Part shown: one piece after another, positions 45,337 through 57,077 of the stretch
Layout of the letters: every line of letters begins with the position of its first letter
Numbering within the stretch: position 1 is the stretch's first letter
Assembly: GCA_040766745.1 (NCBI GenBank)
Contig: JAXGPX010000002.1
Span: 317,248-381,247, forward strand
DNA length: 64,000 bases
Reading direction: 5' to 3'
Source: Bacillota bacterium
Lineage (GTDB): Bacteria > Bacillota > Sulfobacillia > Fermentithermobacillales > Fermentithermobacillaceae
Position numbers and translations under genes: made by a program
The notes under the pieces: model-generated
The model's database searches: none
What the model was told of the DNA's origin: nothing
The model's input: the letters and a program-made list of their open reading frames with translations, nothing else

Positions 45337-45995
45337 TTAGACTGAGCTCCCTCCCCGGTAGTATCGCCTCGTGGTATTGCCAACCGTTCCAGCAAGCCTG
45401 CAAAGTTGGCTGTTATTATATATATGGAAACTGCAGTAGCAAATTTCACTGTAAAATAGCCCATAAAAGCGAGCATTCCAATCATCATGATATTCTGGCT
45501 CTGGCCTTGCTGGGTGCCTGCCCCCATTGACGGGGACAACCTCATAGCCAGGTACGTTGTACCTATGGTAATGGCGATTACAATTATCCCGTACAGAGTA
45601 CCTTGTTGCATGGCCGGCTCCCCTAATTTGAGCCCCAGAAACATCCCTTCTTTCATGGCCGGATGTGCCTCAAGGGCCCTGATCATCGCCCACAAAACAG
45701 GAAACTGGATAAAAAGCAACAGGCAGCTCGAAGCGGGATTTACCTTGTTGCGCCTGTAAATATCCATAATTTCAAGATTCAGCCTTTCCGGATCATCTTT
45801 GTATTTCTTCTGTATTTTATCTAGTTCCGGCTGAATCATGGCCATACGCTGCGTGGACCGTCCCTGCATTATAGTAAAGGGCAAAATTATGAGGCGGACA
45901 AGAAGAGTCAGGCCTATAATTGACAGGCCCCAGTTGCCTGTCAGGCCGTGCAAAACGTCCATAACTTTAAGCATGGTGTCGACTATGTATGACAT
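45333..45995 (-). CDS. yidC: membrane protein insertase YidC/SpoIIIJ (short Gram-positive form)
   Basis: 220 aa with 5 TM helices and a conserved LLPLT-like region. Confidence 0.85.
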   Translation of the reverse strand: MSYIVDTMLKVMDVLHGLTGNWGLSIIGLTLLVRLIILPFTIMQGRSTQRMAMIQPELDKIQKKYKDDPERLNLEIMDIYRRNKVNPASSCLLLFIQFPVLWAMIRALEAHPAMKEGMFLGLKLGEPAMQQGTLYGIIVIAITIGTTYLAMRLSPSMGAGTQQGQSQNIMMIGMLAFMGYFTVKFATAVSIYIITANFAGLLERLAIPRGDTTGEGAQSK

Positions 45996-46240
45996 CGTTT
46001 GAACCTCCTTGGCTCCAACAAGCCATCTTGGGGCACAGGGTCATAACCCCCACGAGAAAAAGGGTTGCATCGCAGTAACCGCCATATGGCCAAAATAACC
46101 CCTTTTAGGGGTCCGTGGATAATAACAGCTTGCCGGGCATATTCGGAACAAGTAGGATAATACCTGCATGTAGGTCCTTTAAAAGGGGATATATACTTTT
46201 GGTAACACCGTATTAGAAATAATACCAGTCGAGTAAGCAT
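45983..46240 (-). CDS. yidD: membrane protein insertion efficiency factor YidD
   Basis: [27 protein letters not shown] signature. Confidence 0.85.
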   Translation of the reverse strand: MLTRLVLFLIRCYQKYISPFKGPTCRYYPTCSEYARQAVIIHGPLKGVILAIWRLLRCNPFSRGGYDPVPQDGLLEPRRFKRCHT

Positions 46241-46564
46241 CTAAAGCAAACCCATCCTCTTCAGAAGGTCTTTGACCGCGTCTGAAATTTCTCGGTAAGT
46301 ACACAAGGCCGCCCGTTGCCGCGCAATGAAAACAAATTCGCCCCTTGGCTCAATAGAAGGCAAAATGAGCCGGAAACTTTCTTTGATCCGGCGCCTAACC
46401 TTGTTACGAACACAAGCTTTCCCAAGCCGCTTGGAAACTACAACCCCCAGCCTCGCCGGGAACGTATCGTTTCGATAATACAAGACCAAGTACCTATTCG
46501 CTATCGAACGGCCTTCCTCATATACTTTACGATAGGATGGCGCAGGTATCCTTCCTGATACCAC
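46241..46564 (-). CDS. rnpA: ribonuclease P protein component
   Basis: Basic small protein immediately downstream of rpmH, conserved position. The true start may be internal. Confidence 0.8.
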   Translation of the reverse strand: MVSGRIPAPSYRKVYEEGRSIANRYLVLYYRNDTFPARLGVVVSKRLGKACVRNKVRRRIKESFRLILPSIEPRGEFVFIARQRAALCTYREISDAVKDLLKRMGLL

Positions 46565-46625
46565 ATAAACTGCCTCACTTTTTGCCTTACGTCAAGAAAA
46601 GATGCCGAAAGTAAAATGCCCCACG

Positions 46626-46760
46626 CTAAACAGCTAACTCTTTCCTGCCCCTAGACCGCCTTCTTCTTACTATTCTCCGGCCGCTCTTGCTTCTCATGCG
46701 AACCAAAAAACCATGGGTCTTCTGTCTTTTTCTACGCTTTGGTTGATATGTCCGTTTCAT
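46626..46760 (-). CDS. rpmH: 50S ribosomal protein L34
   Basis: Hand translation: [52 protein letters not shown] lies 8 nt upstream. It is missing from the ORF track because it is under 60 aa. Confidence 0.9.
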   Translation of the reverse strand: MKRTYQPKRRKRQKTHGFLVRMRSKSGRRIVRRRRSRGRKELAV

Positions 46761-47013
46761 CTAAACCGTTCCTCCCACAAGTCCTCTTGGAACTAAGCCC
46801 CACCGAATCGAACGAATTATATCTTAGCATTGGCAAAAGTGTCAATAAACCTTGTTTTTGCAGGTATTTTAAGCATGGATGCCCCTTAACGTGAGCAATC
46901 TTACCTTTCAAACCCAAGCCAGTTTTTCATTGCCACCACAGACATGCCTTGATATAGTCTTAGTGGACCACCTTTGTGGCCTTCGCCGGTTTTACCCGGC
47001 GCTTTTTCAAGAC

Positions 47014-47045
47014 ATATCCACATCTGTGGATAACTATGTGCATAA
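47014..47045. other. oriC DnaA-box cluster upstream of dnaA (ATATCCACA, TGTGGATAA, TGTGCATAA)
   Basis: One perfect box and two near-consensus TTATCCACA boxes within 32 bp, inside the 500-bp rpmH-dnaA intergenic region. Confidence 0.7.
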
Positions 47046-47263
47046 CCTGTGAGCTTCTTATACGAGTAAGATGAGCATGGGTTTTATCAAGAAACGGATT
47101 CTAGGGGAAACACAACCGCCGTCTTGCTAGGGTGAAGCATATTCGCTACTGTATACAGCCAGATAGAAGGCGTTTTCTTCTCTTCATCGGGCAAGAGGCC
47201 AGTGCATAGAGTAGTCTGATTTGTCTCAAATATTTAACAATTACAGAAATGGTGGTCTTCATA

Positions 47264-48631
47264 ATGAGCAGAAACCTTGAAGAACTCTGGAATGACACAC
47301 TTTCTAGGGCTTCCTTGAGGTTCTCCAACCCGGGATTCATACAAAACTGGCTGAAAGATACCAGGCCAACAGATCTAAAAGGCGATATATTAACCGTAGC
47401 GGTGCCCAGCGAGTTCGCCAAGAACTGGATTGAGTCTAGGTATAAGGACGAGCTTGCCAGGGCTTGGAAAGAAACATACGGTAACCGTTCAGAACTAAGG
47501 TTCACTGTCAAGCAACCTGAGAAACTTGTGCCTGAGGCACTGTTTCCCCAAGAACAGGCTCCGGTGCAAAAGAGGAAACGCACATCTGATGACCGGCTAT
47601 CTCAGGTAAAAAGCCTTAATCCCAGGTATGTGTTTGAGAACTTCATTGTCGGGGCATCTAACAGGTTTGCCCATGCTGCAGCCCTGGCCGTTGCAGAGAG
47701 TCCCTCGAAAGCATATAACCCTCTTTTTTTGTATGGCGGAGTTGGCTTAGGGAAAACACATCTGATGCAAGCCATTGCCCACCATGTGTTTGTCCATCAC
47801 CAAAACCTTAAGATCTCCTATGTATCGTCGGAAACGTTCACAAACGAACTCATTCTTGCGATCCAGGAAGGCAGCACCCAGGAGTTTAGAAACCGTTACC
47901 GGAGCGCAGATATTCTCCTAATTGATGACATTCAATTTGTGGCAGGCAAAGATGCAACCCAGGAAGAATTCTTCCATACGTTCGATGCCCTGCATCAAGC
48001 CTCAAAACAAATAATCATCTCCTCGGACAGGCCCCCAAAGGAAATCTCGACTCTTGAAGAGCGGCTCAGAACACGATTTGAATGGGGCCTAATATGCGAC
48101 ATTCAACCACCTGACATCGAAACTCGCATAGCGATTTTGCGAAAGAAAGCAGAACTGGAAGGAAGGCAAGTACCCCTTGAGGTTTGCCAATATATAGCAG
48201 AAAGAATACCGTCAAATATCCGGGAACTGGAAGGTGCCTTAATCAGAGTTCTAGCATTTACAGCATTGCAAAAGAAAGAAGTCAATTTGCACATAGCCCA
48301 AGAAGTGCTAAGAGACTTGCTCCCTGAAAAAAGGGCGGTTCCAATATCTATCGATGCAATACAGGAGGTTGTCGCAGGCTACTACAATATTTCCATAAGC
48401 GATTTCTCGGCGAAAAGGCGGACACGCAACATTGCTTTTCCCAGGCAAGTGGCTATGTACCTTTGCCGGACTTTGACAGATTCCTCGTTGCCTCAGATAG
48501 GGCATAATTTCGGCGGCCGGGATCATACTACAGTCCTTCATGCCTGTTCAAAGATTGAATCCGAGAGGGAAACTAACCCTGACCTTGATCGCAGTCTAGA
48601 TGAATTGATTAAGCTGATTAGGGAGGGGTAA
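47264..48631 (+). CDS. dnaA: chromosomal replication initiator protein DnaA
   Basis: AAA+ motifs GGVGLGKTHL, domain IV HTH. Start taken at MSRNLEELWN (47264) rather than the upstream in-frame ATG at 47249. Confidence 0.95.
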   Translation: MSRNLEELWNDTLSRASLRFSNPGFIQNWLKDTRPTDLKGDILTVAVPSEFAKNWIESRYKDELARAWKETYGNRSELRFTVKQPEKLVPEALFPQEQAPVQKRKRTSDDRLSQVKSLNPRYVFENFIVGASNRFAHAAALAVAESPSKAYNPLFLYGGVGLGKTHLMQAIAHHVFVHHQNLKISYVSSETFTNELILAIQEGSTQEFRNRYRSADILLIDDIQFVAGKDATQEEFFHTFDALHQASKQIIISSDRPPKEISTLEERLRTRFEWGLICDIQPPDIETRIAILRKKAELEGRQVPLEVCQYIAERIPSNIRELEGALIRVLAFTALQKKEVNLHIAQEVLRDLLPEKRAVPISIDAIQEVVAGYYNISISDFSAKRRTRNIAFPRQVAMYLCRTLTDSSLPQIGHNFGGRDHTTVLHACSKIESERETNPDLDRSLDELIKLIREG

Positions 48632-48651
48632 AATCTTCCTGTGCAGAATTC

Positions 48652-48750
48652 TGTGGATGAAGTCTGGATTACCTGTTGAGGAGATGTGGATAAAATGGCA
48701 ATTTGGGAGCGGATCATCACTTATGCACAATCGTCCACATTTCATCCACA
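48652..48750. other. second DnaA-box cluster plus AT-rich unwinding region (dnaA-dnaN intergenic part of a bipartite oriC)
   Basis: TGTGGATGA, TGTGGATAA (perfect), TTATGCACA and TCATCCACA, followed by AT-rich 48836-48900 (ATATACACAATCGATATAGATAAGGATTGCTTTTTT). Confidence 0.7.
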
Positions 48751-48914
48751 CCTGTCTCCACAGGAGAAAAAGGCGTTCTACGTGGGTCAGAAGAGCCTTT
48801 TCAACAAACTCACAGCGCCTATTACTACTACTGACTTAAAGATATACACAATCGATATAGATAAGGATTGCTTTTTTCAGCAAGAATCTAGATAACAAAC
48901 AGGGAGGGTTACAT

Positions 48915-50051
48915 ATGCATCTGACAATAACAAGAGAACATCTGGCCTGGTTAGTGCAAACAGCTTCTCGTCCGATACCTCCCCGAAGCACTCTGCCTTC
49001 AATCAAGGGCTGCCTTATTGAAGCTCTTTCTGACAGGGTGGTTTTTTCAGGAACTAACCTGGATTGGGGAGTTAGGGTATCTGCACCTGCAAAAGTATCT
49101 TCTTCAGGCTCCCTTGTCGTATCGTCAAAGCTGCTTGAAGATATTGTAAGAACACTGTCGCTGCCGGAAGTTACTCTTTCCCTTGATGAATCAGCCTGGG
49201 CGTTAGTGGTCAAATCAGGAACGTCGGAAATGGTTCTGAATGCAGTTCCGGCCGACGATTTTCCTAAATGGCCTGAGCCTTCAGGAGGACAGCAAATTAC
49301 ACTAAAAGACGAAACATTCAGAGATCTTGTGAAAGTAGGAGCCACGTCAGCGGTAAACAATCCTGCAAGGCCATTGTGGGGTGCTTGCCTGCTTGATCTG
49401 TTAGGTGACAGAATCGTTCTTGTAAGTACAGATCAATTTGCCCTTTCCAGGGCACAAGCTTCTGCAAGCGTTGGTGAGTCGCGTGCCATTGTGCCTGCCA
49501 ATGTATTTCAGGAAATGGCACGCCTTAAGGATACAGAAGAAAGTGATGAGATTACTCTGGCCCTTTCAGACAGCCACTTGTATTTCTCATCAAAAAACCT
49601 ATCTTGCTTTACCCGTCTCATTGAAGGGCAATATTATGCTTACCAGCAGGTAATCCCTAAGTCATGCTCATCGACTGCTAAGGTGGCCACTGCCGATCTT
49701 GCAAGCGCTGCTTCAAGAGCGTCTATAGTGGCAAGTGAAGAAGATAGGGCAATGAGGATAATCCTTGACAAGAATGCCGGAACCCTTACTGTTAGGGCCG
49801 GTTCACCTGAGAAAGGGAAGATGGAGGAGGTACTGCCGGCTGAGGTCACCGGCGAGAATATTGAAATATGGGTTCAACACCGGTATGTACTGCAGGCATT
49901 AGGAAAGATTAGTGCCGGTGAGACAATGCTGGGAATGACAGGCCAGGTAAGCCCTATGCTCATTGAACCGGTTCAGGCGCAAGAAACACCAGGTGATTCA
50001 GTGATGTCCACCTTTGTAGTAATGCCAATGAGCCCTAAGGGAGCATTCTAG
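48915..50051 (+). CDS. dnaN: DNA polymerase III beta sliding clamp
   Basis: 378 aa with three-domain clamp architecture. AGGGAGGG RBS. Confidence 0.95.
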   Translation: MHLTITREHLAWLVQTASRPIPPRSTLPSIKGCLIEALSDRVVFSGTNLDWGVRVSAPAKVSSSGSLVVSSKLLEDIVRTLSLPEVTLSLDESAWALVVKSGTSEMVLNAVPADDFPKWPEPSGGQQITLKDETFRDLVKVGATSAVNNPARPLWGACLLDLLGDRIVLVSTDQFALSRAQASASVGESRAIVPANVFQEMARLKDTEESDEITLALSDSHLYFSSKNLSCFTRLIEGQYYAYQQVIPKSCSSTAKVATADLASAASRASIVASEEDRAMRIILDKNAGTLTVRAGSPEKGKMEEVLPAEVTGENIEIWVQHRYVLQALGKISAGETMLGMTGQVSPMLIEPVQAQETPGDSVMSTFVVMPMSPKGAF

Positions 50052-50054
50052 CCG

Positions 50055-51161
50055 TTGCAGTTTTCTTATGTTTACCTAAGACACTTCCGTAACTACCGGT
50101 ACCTGGAGCTTGAGCTGCCTCAAGGTGCATCTTTATTCATCGGCGATAATGCCCAGGGGAAAACCAATTTGCTTGAGGCCTGCTATTATGTGTCTTCTCT
50201 AAATTCGCCGAGATCCGAAAAAGAATCAGACCTGGCCTATTGGGGGGAGCAGTCATTTTCACTGGCTGCCCGGCTCGAAGGTGACGAAGAGTCTACTACA
50301 GTCAAAATCGAGACTGCTGTAACTCCGTCTGTTCGGCGTAGAATCGAGATTAACGACAGATACGCCAGGAGGCAGGACCTTTTGGCGTTGTTTCCTTGCG
50401 TCTACTTCTCTCCTGATGATCTATATATGATAAAGGGAAGTTCTGCATTAAGGCGAAAGTTCATTGATTCAATACTCTCACGCCAGGACCCGGTGTATGC
50501 CAAGGAACTGTCTCGATACAACGAAACAGTATCCAGGCGTAATATGGCCTTAAAGAAGGCCGGAATGGATGCGTCTTGGTTGAAAGCTCTTGAGAGTCTT
50601 GATGAGCTCCTGGTGAATTTTGGCTCCAGGGTACTCGAGAAACGGCTTCAACTCATTGAGAGACTGTCTGCCTTTGTCAAGACTACCTACGATTTCATCT
50701 CTACAGGGGATTGCGATGTAACATATGCTTCAACCATTGGAGAAATCGAGCCTGACTTAGGAGTTATCAAAGCCCAATTTGCAAAGAAACTTGGCGAGAT
50801 AAAGAGGGATGAGAGACTGCGGGGCATAACCCTTGCCGGCCCTCACAGAGATGAGATGGTAGTATCTTTTCAGGGAAAGACATTTAGGTACTTTGGGTCC
50901 CAGGGCCAGCAGCGTAGCATGGTTTTGGCTTTGAAAATGGCTGAAGCCAGAGCCCTTGAAGCAACGTTCAATACGAAGCCGGTTCTTCTTTTAGACGACG
51001 TTCTGTCAGAACTGGATTCAGAGAAGCGTCTGCAAGTTCTTTCGTTGTGCGACTTTGGGTACCAGGTCTTGATGACCTCAACAGAGATGCCTGAAGATAC
51101 CAGGCCAAGGTTTTCAGTATTTGTGGTAGAGAGAGGCCAAGTACGGCCGGCAAATAACTAG
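50055..51161 (+). CDS. recF: DNA replication and repair protein RecF
   Basis: Walker A GDNAQGKTN and the ABC signature region. TTG start 4 nt after the dnaN stop. Confidence 0.9.
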   Translation: MQFSYVYLRHFRNYRYLELELPQGASLFIGDNAQGKTNLLEACYYVSSLNSPRSEKESDLAYWGEQSFSLAARLEGDEESTTVKIETAVTPSVRRRIEINDRYARRQDLLALFPCVYFSPDDLYMIKGSSALRRKFIDSILSRQDPVYAKELSRYNETVSRRNMALKKAGMDASWLKALESLDELLVNFGSRVLEKRLQLIERLSAFVKTTYDFISTGDCDVTYASTIGEIEPDLGVIKAQFAKKLGEIKRDERLRGITLAGPHRDEMVVSFQGKTFRYFGSQGQQRSMVLALKMAEARALEATFNTKPVLLLDDVLSELDSEKRLQVLSLCDFGYQVLMTSTEMPEDTRPRFSVFVVERGQVRPANN

Positions 51162-51189
51162 CGGATAAATGGGAGAGTGAGGGCAAACT

Positions 51190-52110
51190 ATGGCACGTCC
51201 AGAGATTGTAGGCAATGTCTTGCAGAGATCCTTAGACGGCATGGGCCTTCTCCCAAAGGCCAGGCGATTCCAGGTTTTTGCCCTGTGGCCGAGAATCGTT
51301 GGAGATATTGCTCTAAATGCACGGCCTCGCAGGGTCGATGGCGATGTGTTGTATGTTGCCACGTCTTCGTCGATGTGGGCCCAGGAACTGAGCATGATGC
51401 GACGTAGGATTATATCCGAGATAAACAGGGCTTTAGGCGGCGATTACTTAAAAGATATTCGCTTTTCTGAGCACTTGTGGGGTATAACCGGTAATTATTC
51501 CGGCAGCGAAACTGATAATTTCCCTGACAAAGAATACAGAGAATTTATCTCTCAACCTGACTCAATAAGCAGGCCCGATTTGTCGAGAATCAAATTGCTC
51601 ATTGGAGGCGAACACGATTCCACGCTTTCCTTCACTTTCCAGAAGTTTGCTGTTACTATGGAAAAGCGGAAAAAATATCTTGTGAGAAAAGGTTATCAGA
51701 AGTGCCCTACGTGTGGATATATTTATCAACCGGGACGTAAATGCCCAAGTTGCAGAGCAAAAGAGGAATTTTACAATCACCGCAAGATAATCTCCATTCT
51801 TGAGAAACACCCTGAAACGTCAGACACTACCTTGTCTGTAAGTACAGGCATAACTCAGAGACACGTGTTTGAACGGGCAAGGGAAGAGCTGGATTCAAGA
51901 TGGTACCGCACTGTAATAAGTGGCGTCTTCAAGGCCGGCTCCGGGCAGTTGTCCGGTAACGAGAAAGCCCAATTACAGGGTTTGATAAAGAAGCTGGCGA
52001 GTTTACGCAGCGGGAAACCTGAGCATGAACTAACACAACAGGATCTTAACAAAGTTCTGGGAAAACGTTTTTCGGGTTTGCTGAAACATCAGCGTTGGAG
52101 AAAAAAGTAG
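51190..52110 (+). CDS. DUF721 (YaaB-like, RecF-associated) protein with long C-terminal extension containing a CxxC...CxxC zinc ribbon
   Basis: The N-terminal ~100 aa match DUF721 (LPKARRFQVFALWPRIVGDIALNARPRRVDGDVLYVATSSSMWAQEL). The extension holds CPTCGYIYQPGRKCPSCR. It sits in the conserved recF-gyrB slot. Confidence 0.7.
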   Translation: MARPEIVGNVLQRSLDGMGLLPKARRFQVFALWPRIVGDIALNARPRRVDGDVLYVATSSSMWAQELSMMRRRIISEINRALGGDYLKDIRFSEHLWGITGNYSGSETDNFPDKEYREFISQPDSISRPDLSRIKLLIGGEHDSTLSFTFQKFAVTMEKRKKYLVRKGYQKCPTCGYIYQPGRKCPSCRAKEEFYNHRKIISILEKHPETSDTTLSVSTGITQRHVFERAREELDSRWYRTVISGVFKAGSGQLSGNEKAQLQGLIKKLASLRSGKPEHELTQQDLNKVLGKRFSGLLKHQRWRKK

Positions 52111-52186
52111 TCTGTTTTCTCTGTGAGGGTGTGTTACTCCAATGGCATCTTCATCGAACATAGATTCGCCACACGAACTATGCTAA

Positions 52187-54130
<1,944 letters not shown>

Positions 54131-54147
54131 GGAAAGGGGCTTTACGC

Positions 54148-56580
54148 ATGACAGATATCGCTCGGAGGTTGGTTTCAACACCTATAGAAGAAGAAATGAA
54201 ACGGTCTTACATCGACTACTCCATGAGTGTAATTGTTTCCCGCGCCCTGCCCGATGTGCGTGACGGCCTGAAACCCGTTCAGAGAAGAATTATCTACTCA
54301 ATGGATGAGTTAGGGGTAAGGCATGATAAGCCGCATAAGAAATCTGCAAGGCTTGTTGGCGAGGCCATGGGAAAGTACCATCCCCACGGAGACTCGGCCA
54401 TATATGATGCCCTGGTTAGGATGGCACAGCCATTCAATATGAGATATCCCCTTGTTGACGGCCACGGAAACTTTGGGTCGGTTGACGGAGACTCACCGGC
54501 GGCCATGCGGTACACAGAGGCGAGATTAACAGCTATTGCAGAAGAACTTCTTGTAGATCTGGATAAAGAAACCGTAGATTTTGTGCCAAACTTTGATGAC
54601 AGCCTGAAGGAACCTGCTGTTCTCCCTTCAAGAATCCCTAATCTTATGGTTAACGGGTCTGCCGGAATTGCCGTTGGCATGGCTACAAATATCCCGCCCC
54701 ATAACCTTGGAGAAACAGTAGATGCACTAATTGCGCTTATAGATAATCCGGAACTAGGGCCTTTGGACCTTATGGAGTACATTAAAGCCCCTGACTTTCC
54801 TACAGGCGGCCTAATAGTGGGGTTGGGCCCTGTGAGATCTTTGTACACTACCGGTAGGGGAGTAATGAAACTCAGGGCTAAGACCAGGATTGAACGAGAC
54901 AAGAAAAACGGCAAGCAGTGGATTGTTGTTGATGAGCTTCCTTACCAGGTCAACAAAGCCCGGCTTATTGAGAACATAGCAGATTTGGTAAGAGACAAGA
55001 AGATTCAGGGTGTAACAGACTTAAGAGATGAGAGTGACAAGAGCGGCCTCAGAGTCGTTATAGAGGTGCGGAAGGATGTAGAAGCCAAGGTTGTTCTTAA
55101 CCAGCTTTTCAAGCATACAACCTTGGAAACAAGCTTTGGAGGCATAATGCTAGCCCTGGTTAACGGGCGGCCTGAGGTGCTTGATTTAAGGGCCATGCTT
55201 TCACACTACATCTCCCACAGGGAAGAGGTAGTTACCAGAAGGACCAGATACGAGCTGAGGAAGGCCGAAGAAAGGGCTCACATTCTTGCGGGCCTTGAGA
55301 TTGCCCTTGCCAACCTTGATGAAGTAATCGCCATAATCAGAAGTTCCCAAAACGGCGAAGAAGCCCGTAACAGGCTCATGGAGAGGTTTGTTCTTGACGA
55401 GATACAGGCAAAAGCCATTCTGGATATGAGGCTTGAGCGGCTTACCGGCCTTGAGAGAGACAAGATCATCGAAGAACGCAGGGCTTTGCTGAAGGAAATT
55501 GAGTACCTAAGGGCGGTCCTCGGTTCAGAAAAGATGATTCTTGGCATAGTTAAGAAGGAACTGGAGGATGTGAAAAAGAAATATGCAGACCCACGGCGTA
55601 CTCGCATCCTGGCCAAGGCCGAAGAGATTTCGGAAGAGGAACTTATTATAGAGCAGGAAGTTTCGGTGATTTTGACAGGCATGGGGTATATCAAGAGAAT
55701 GCCCCTAAACATATACCGGAGCCAGAGAAGAGGCGGGCTGGGCGCTACAGCCATGCAGACCAGGGACGAGGACTGGGTGGAAAAGGTTGTATCCACTACG
55801 ACCCGTGAATCCTTGCTGCTGTTTACTTCCCATGGAAAAGCCTACTGGCTAAAGGTTTTTGAGATACCTGAAGCTGGAAAACAGGCAAAGGGGCACCTGA
55901 TGTCCAGGCTAATTGCCCTTGATAAGGGCGAAAGGGTCACTGCACTTATACCTGTCCCTGCAAAGCCGGAGACGGCAGGAGACTTGTTCTTCGTAACCAA
56001 GCAGGGAATGTGCAAGAGGACTCCGTTCTCTGAATACTTAACACAGAGAAAAACGGGACTCAGGGCCATAAATCTTAGGACAGGAGATTCGCTGATTCTC
56101 GCCCGCCTGGCGCAAGACGGTGATGAGGTACTTATCGGTACTTCATTCGGTAAGGCCTTAAGAATGAAAGTAGATGATGTTAGGACTATGGGCCGGACTG
56201 CCACCGGTGTGATTGGAATAAGGCTTGCCAAGGGCGACTACGTTGTCGGGGCCGATCCGGTTACGCCTGACGCAAAAGTGCTATTGGTGAGTGAATACGG
56301 ATACGGCAAGATAACAAAAGTCGGCGGTTTTCCTCTTCAGGGAAGGGGAGGAAAAGGAGTCATTGCCCTCAAGGTTTCAGAAAAGAGCGGGCCTCTGGCT
56401 ATTATGCGATTGGTTTCGCCCCAAGATGAAGAGGCTTTGCTCATTACTGCAGAGGGAGTGGCAATAAGGATAGACTTGTCTGAGATCAAAGTAGCCCGCA
56501 GGGCCACTTTGGGCGTTAGGCTTATGAAAATCGAGCCTAACGACAGGCTATCGGCTTGCAGCATTCTTGAAGGAGAATAA
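54148..56580 (+). CDS. gyrA: DNA gyrase subunit A
   Basis: Active-site Tyr region ([10 protein letters not shown]), QRDR and the C-terminal beta-pinwheel repeats. 810 aa. Confidence 0.95.
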   Translation: MTDIARRLVSTPIEEEMKRSYIDYSMSVIVSRALPDVRDGLKPVQRRIIYSMDELGVRHDKPHKKSARLVGEAMGKYHPHGDSAIYDALVRMAQPFNMRYPLVDGHGNFGSVDGDSPAAMRYTEARLTAIAEELLVDLDKETVDFVPNFDDSLKEPAVLPSRIPNLMVNGSAGIAVGMATNIPPHNLGETVDALIALIDNPELGPLDLMEYIKAPDFPTGGLIVGLGPVRSLYTTGRGVMKLRAKTRIERDKKNGKQWIVVDELPYQVNKARLIENIADLVRDKKIQGVTDLRDESDKSGLRVVIEVRKDVEAKVVLNQLFKHTTLETSFGGIMLALVNGRPEVLDLRAMLSHYISHREEVVTRRTRYELRKAEERAHILAGLEIALANLDEVIAIIRSSQNGEEARNRLMERFVLDEIQAKAILDMRLERLTGLERDKIIEERRALLKEIEYLRAVLGSEKMILGIVKKELEDVKKKYADPRRTRILAKAEEISEEELIIEQEVSVILTGMGYIKRMPLNIYRSQRRGGLGATAMQTRDEDWVEKVVSTTTRESLLLFTSHGKAYWLKVFEIPEAGKQAKGHLMSRLIALDKGERVTALIPVPAKPETAGDLFFVTKQGMCKRTPFSEYLTQRKTGLRAINLRTGDSLILARLAQDGDEVLIGTSFGKALRMKVDDVRTMGRTATGVIGIRLAKGDYVVGADPVTPDAKVLLVSEYGYGKITKVGGFPLQGRGGKGVIALKVSEKSGPLAIMRLVSPQDEEALLITAEGVAIRIDLSEIKVARRATLGVRLMKIEPNDRLSACSILEGE

Positions 56581-56582
56581 GA

Positions 56583-57008
56583 ATGCCTGCAGGGTTTCAG
56601 ATTGTTGATCATGTTGCAGATGTACGAGTACGGGCGTGGGGGACCTGCTTCCAGGAGGCCTTTTCTGAAATTACAAAAGGCATGTGGTTTCTCATGTTTG
56701 GCGGAAGCAGTATCCCCGCCCTGGATAAATGGAGTGTTGAGGTAAGAGGCATTGATATGGAAGACCTCTTAATCGGCTTTCTCAATGAGCAGCTGGCACT
56801 TTTCGACATTGAGGGCCTGGCTGTTTCCGGCACAGAAGAGATAATTTTCGAAGAAAGCCCAGACGGTGAAGAAATCTGCCTGAAATCAGTTATGTGTGGG
56901 GCTCATATCTCCCAGGTAAACGTAAGACCTGATCTGCAAATCAAAGCCGCTACTTTTCACAGACTAAAGCTAACTCCCACCGAGGCCTGGGTCACGTTCG
57001 ACGTTTGA
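56583..57008 (+). CDS. archease (RtcB activator)
   Basis: 141 aa beginning FQIVDHVADVRVRAWG. Directly upstream of rtcB. Confidence 0.8.
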   Translation: MPAGFQIVDHVADVRVRAWGTCFQEAFSEITKGMWFLMFGGSSIPALDKWSVEVRGIDMEDLLIGFLNEQLALFDIEGLAVSGTEEIIFEESPDGEEICLKSVMCGAHISQVNVRPDLQIKAATFHRLKLTPTEAWVTFDV

Positions 57009-57077
57009 AACAACAGTGTTTGAAAAGCCGAGGATACCAGACTAAACGGCAAAACTATTAAAGGGAGTGTTCCTCTA

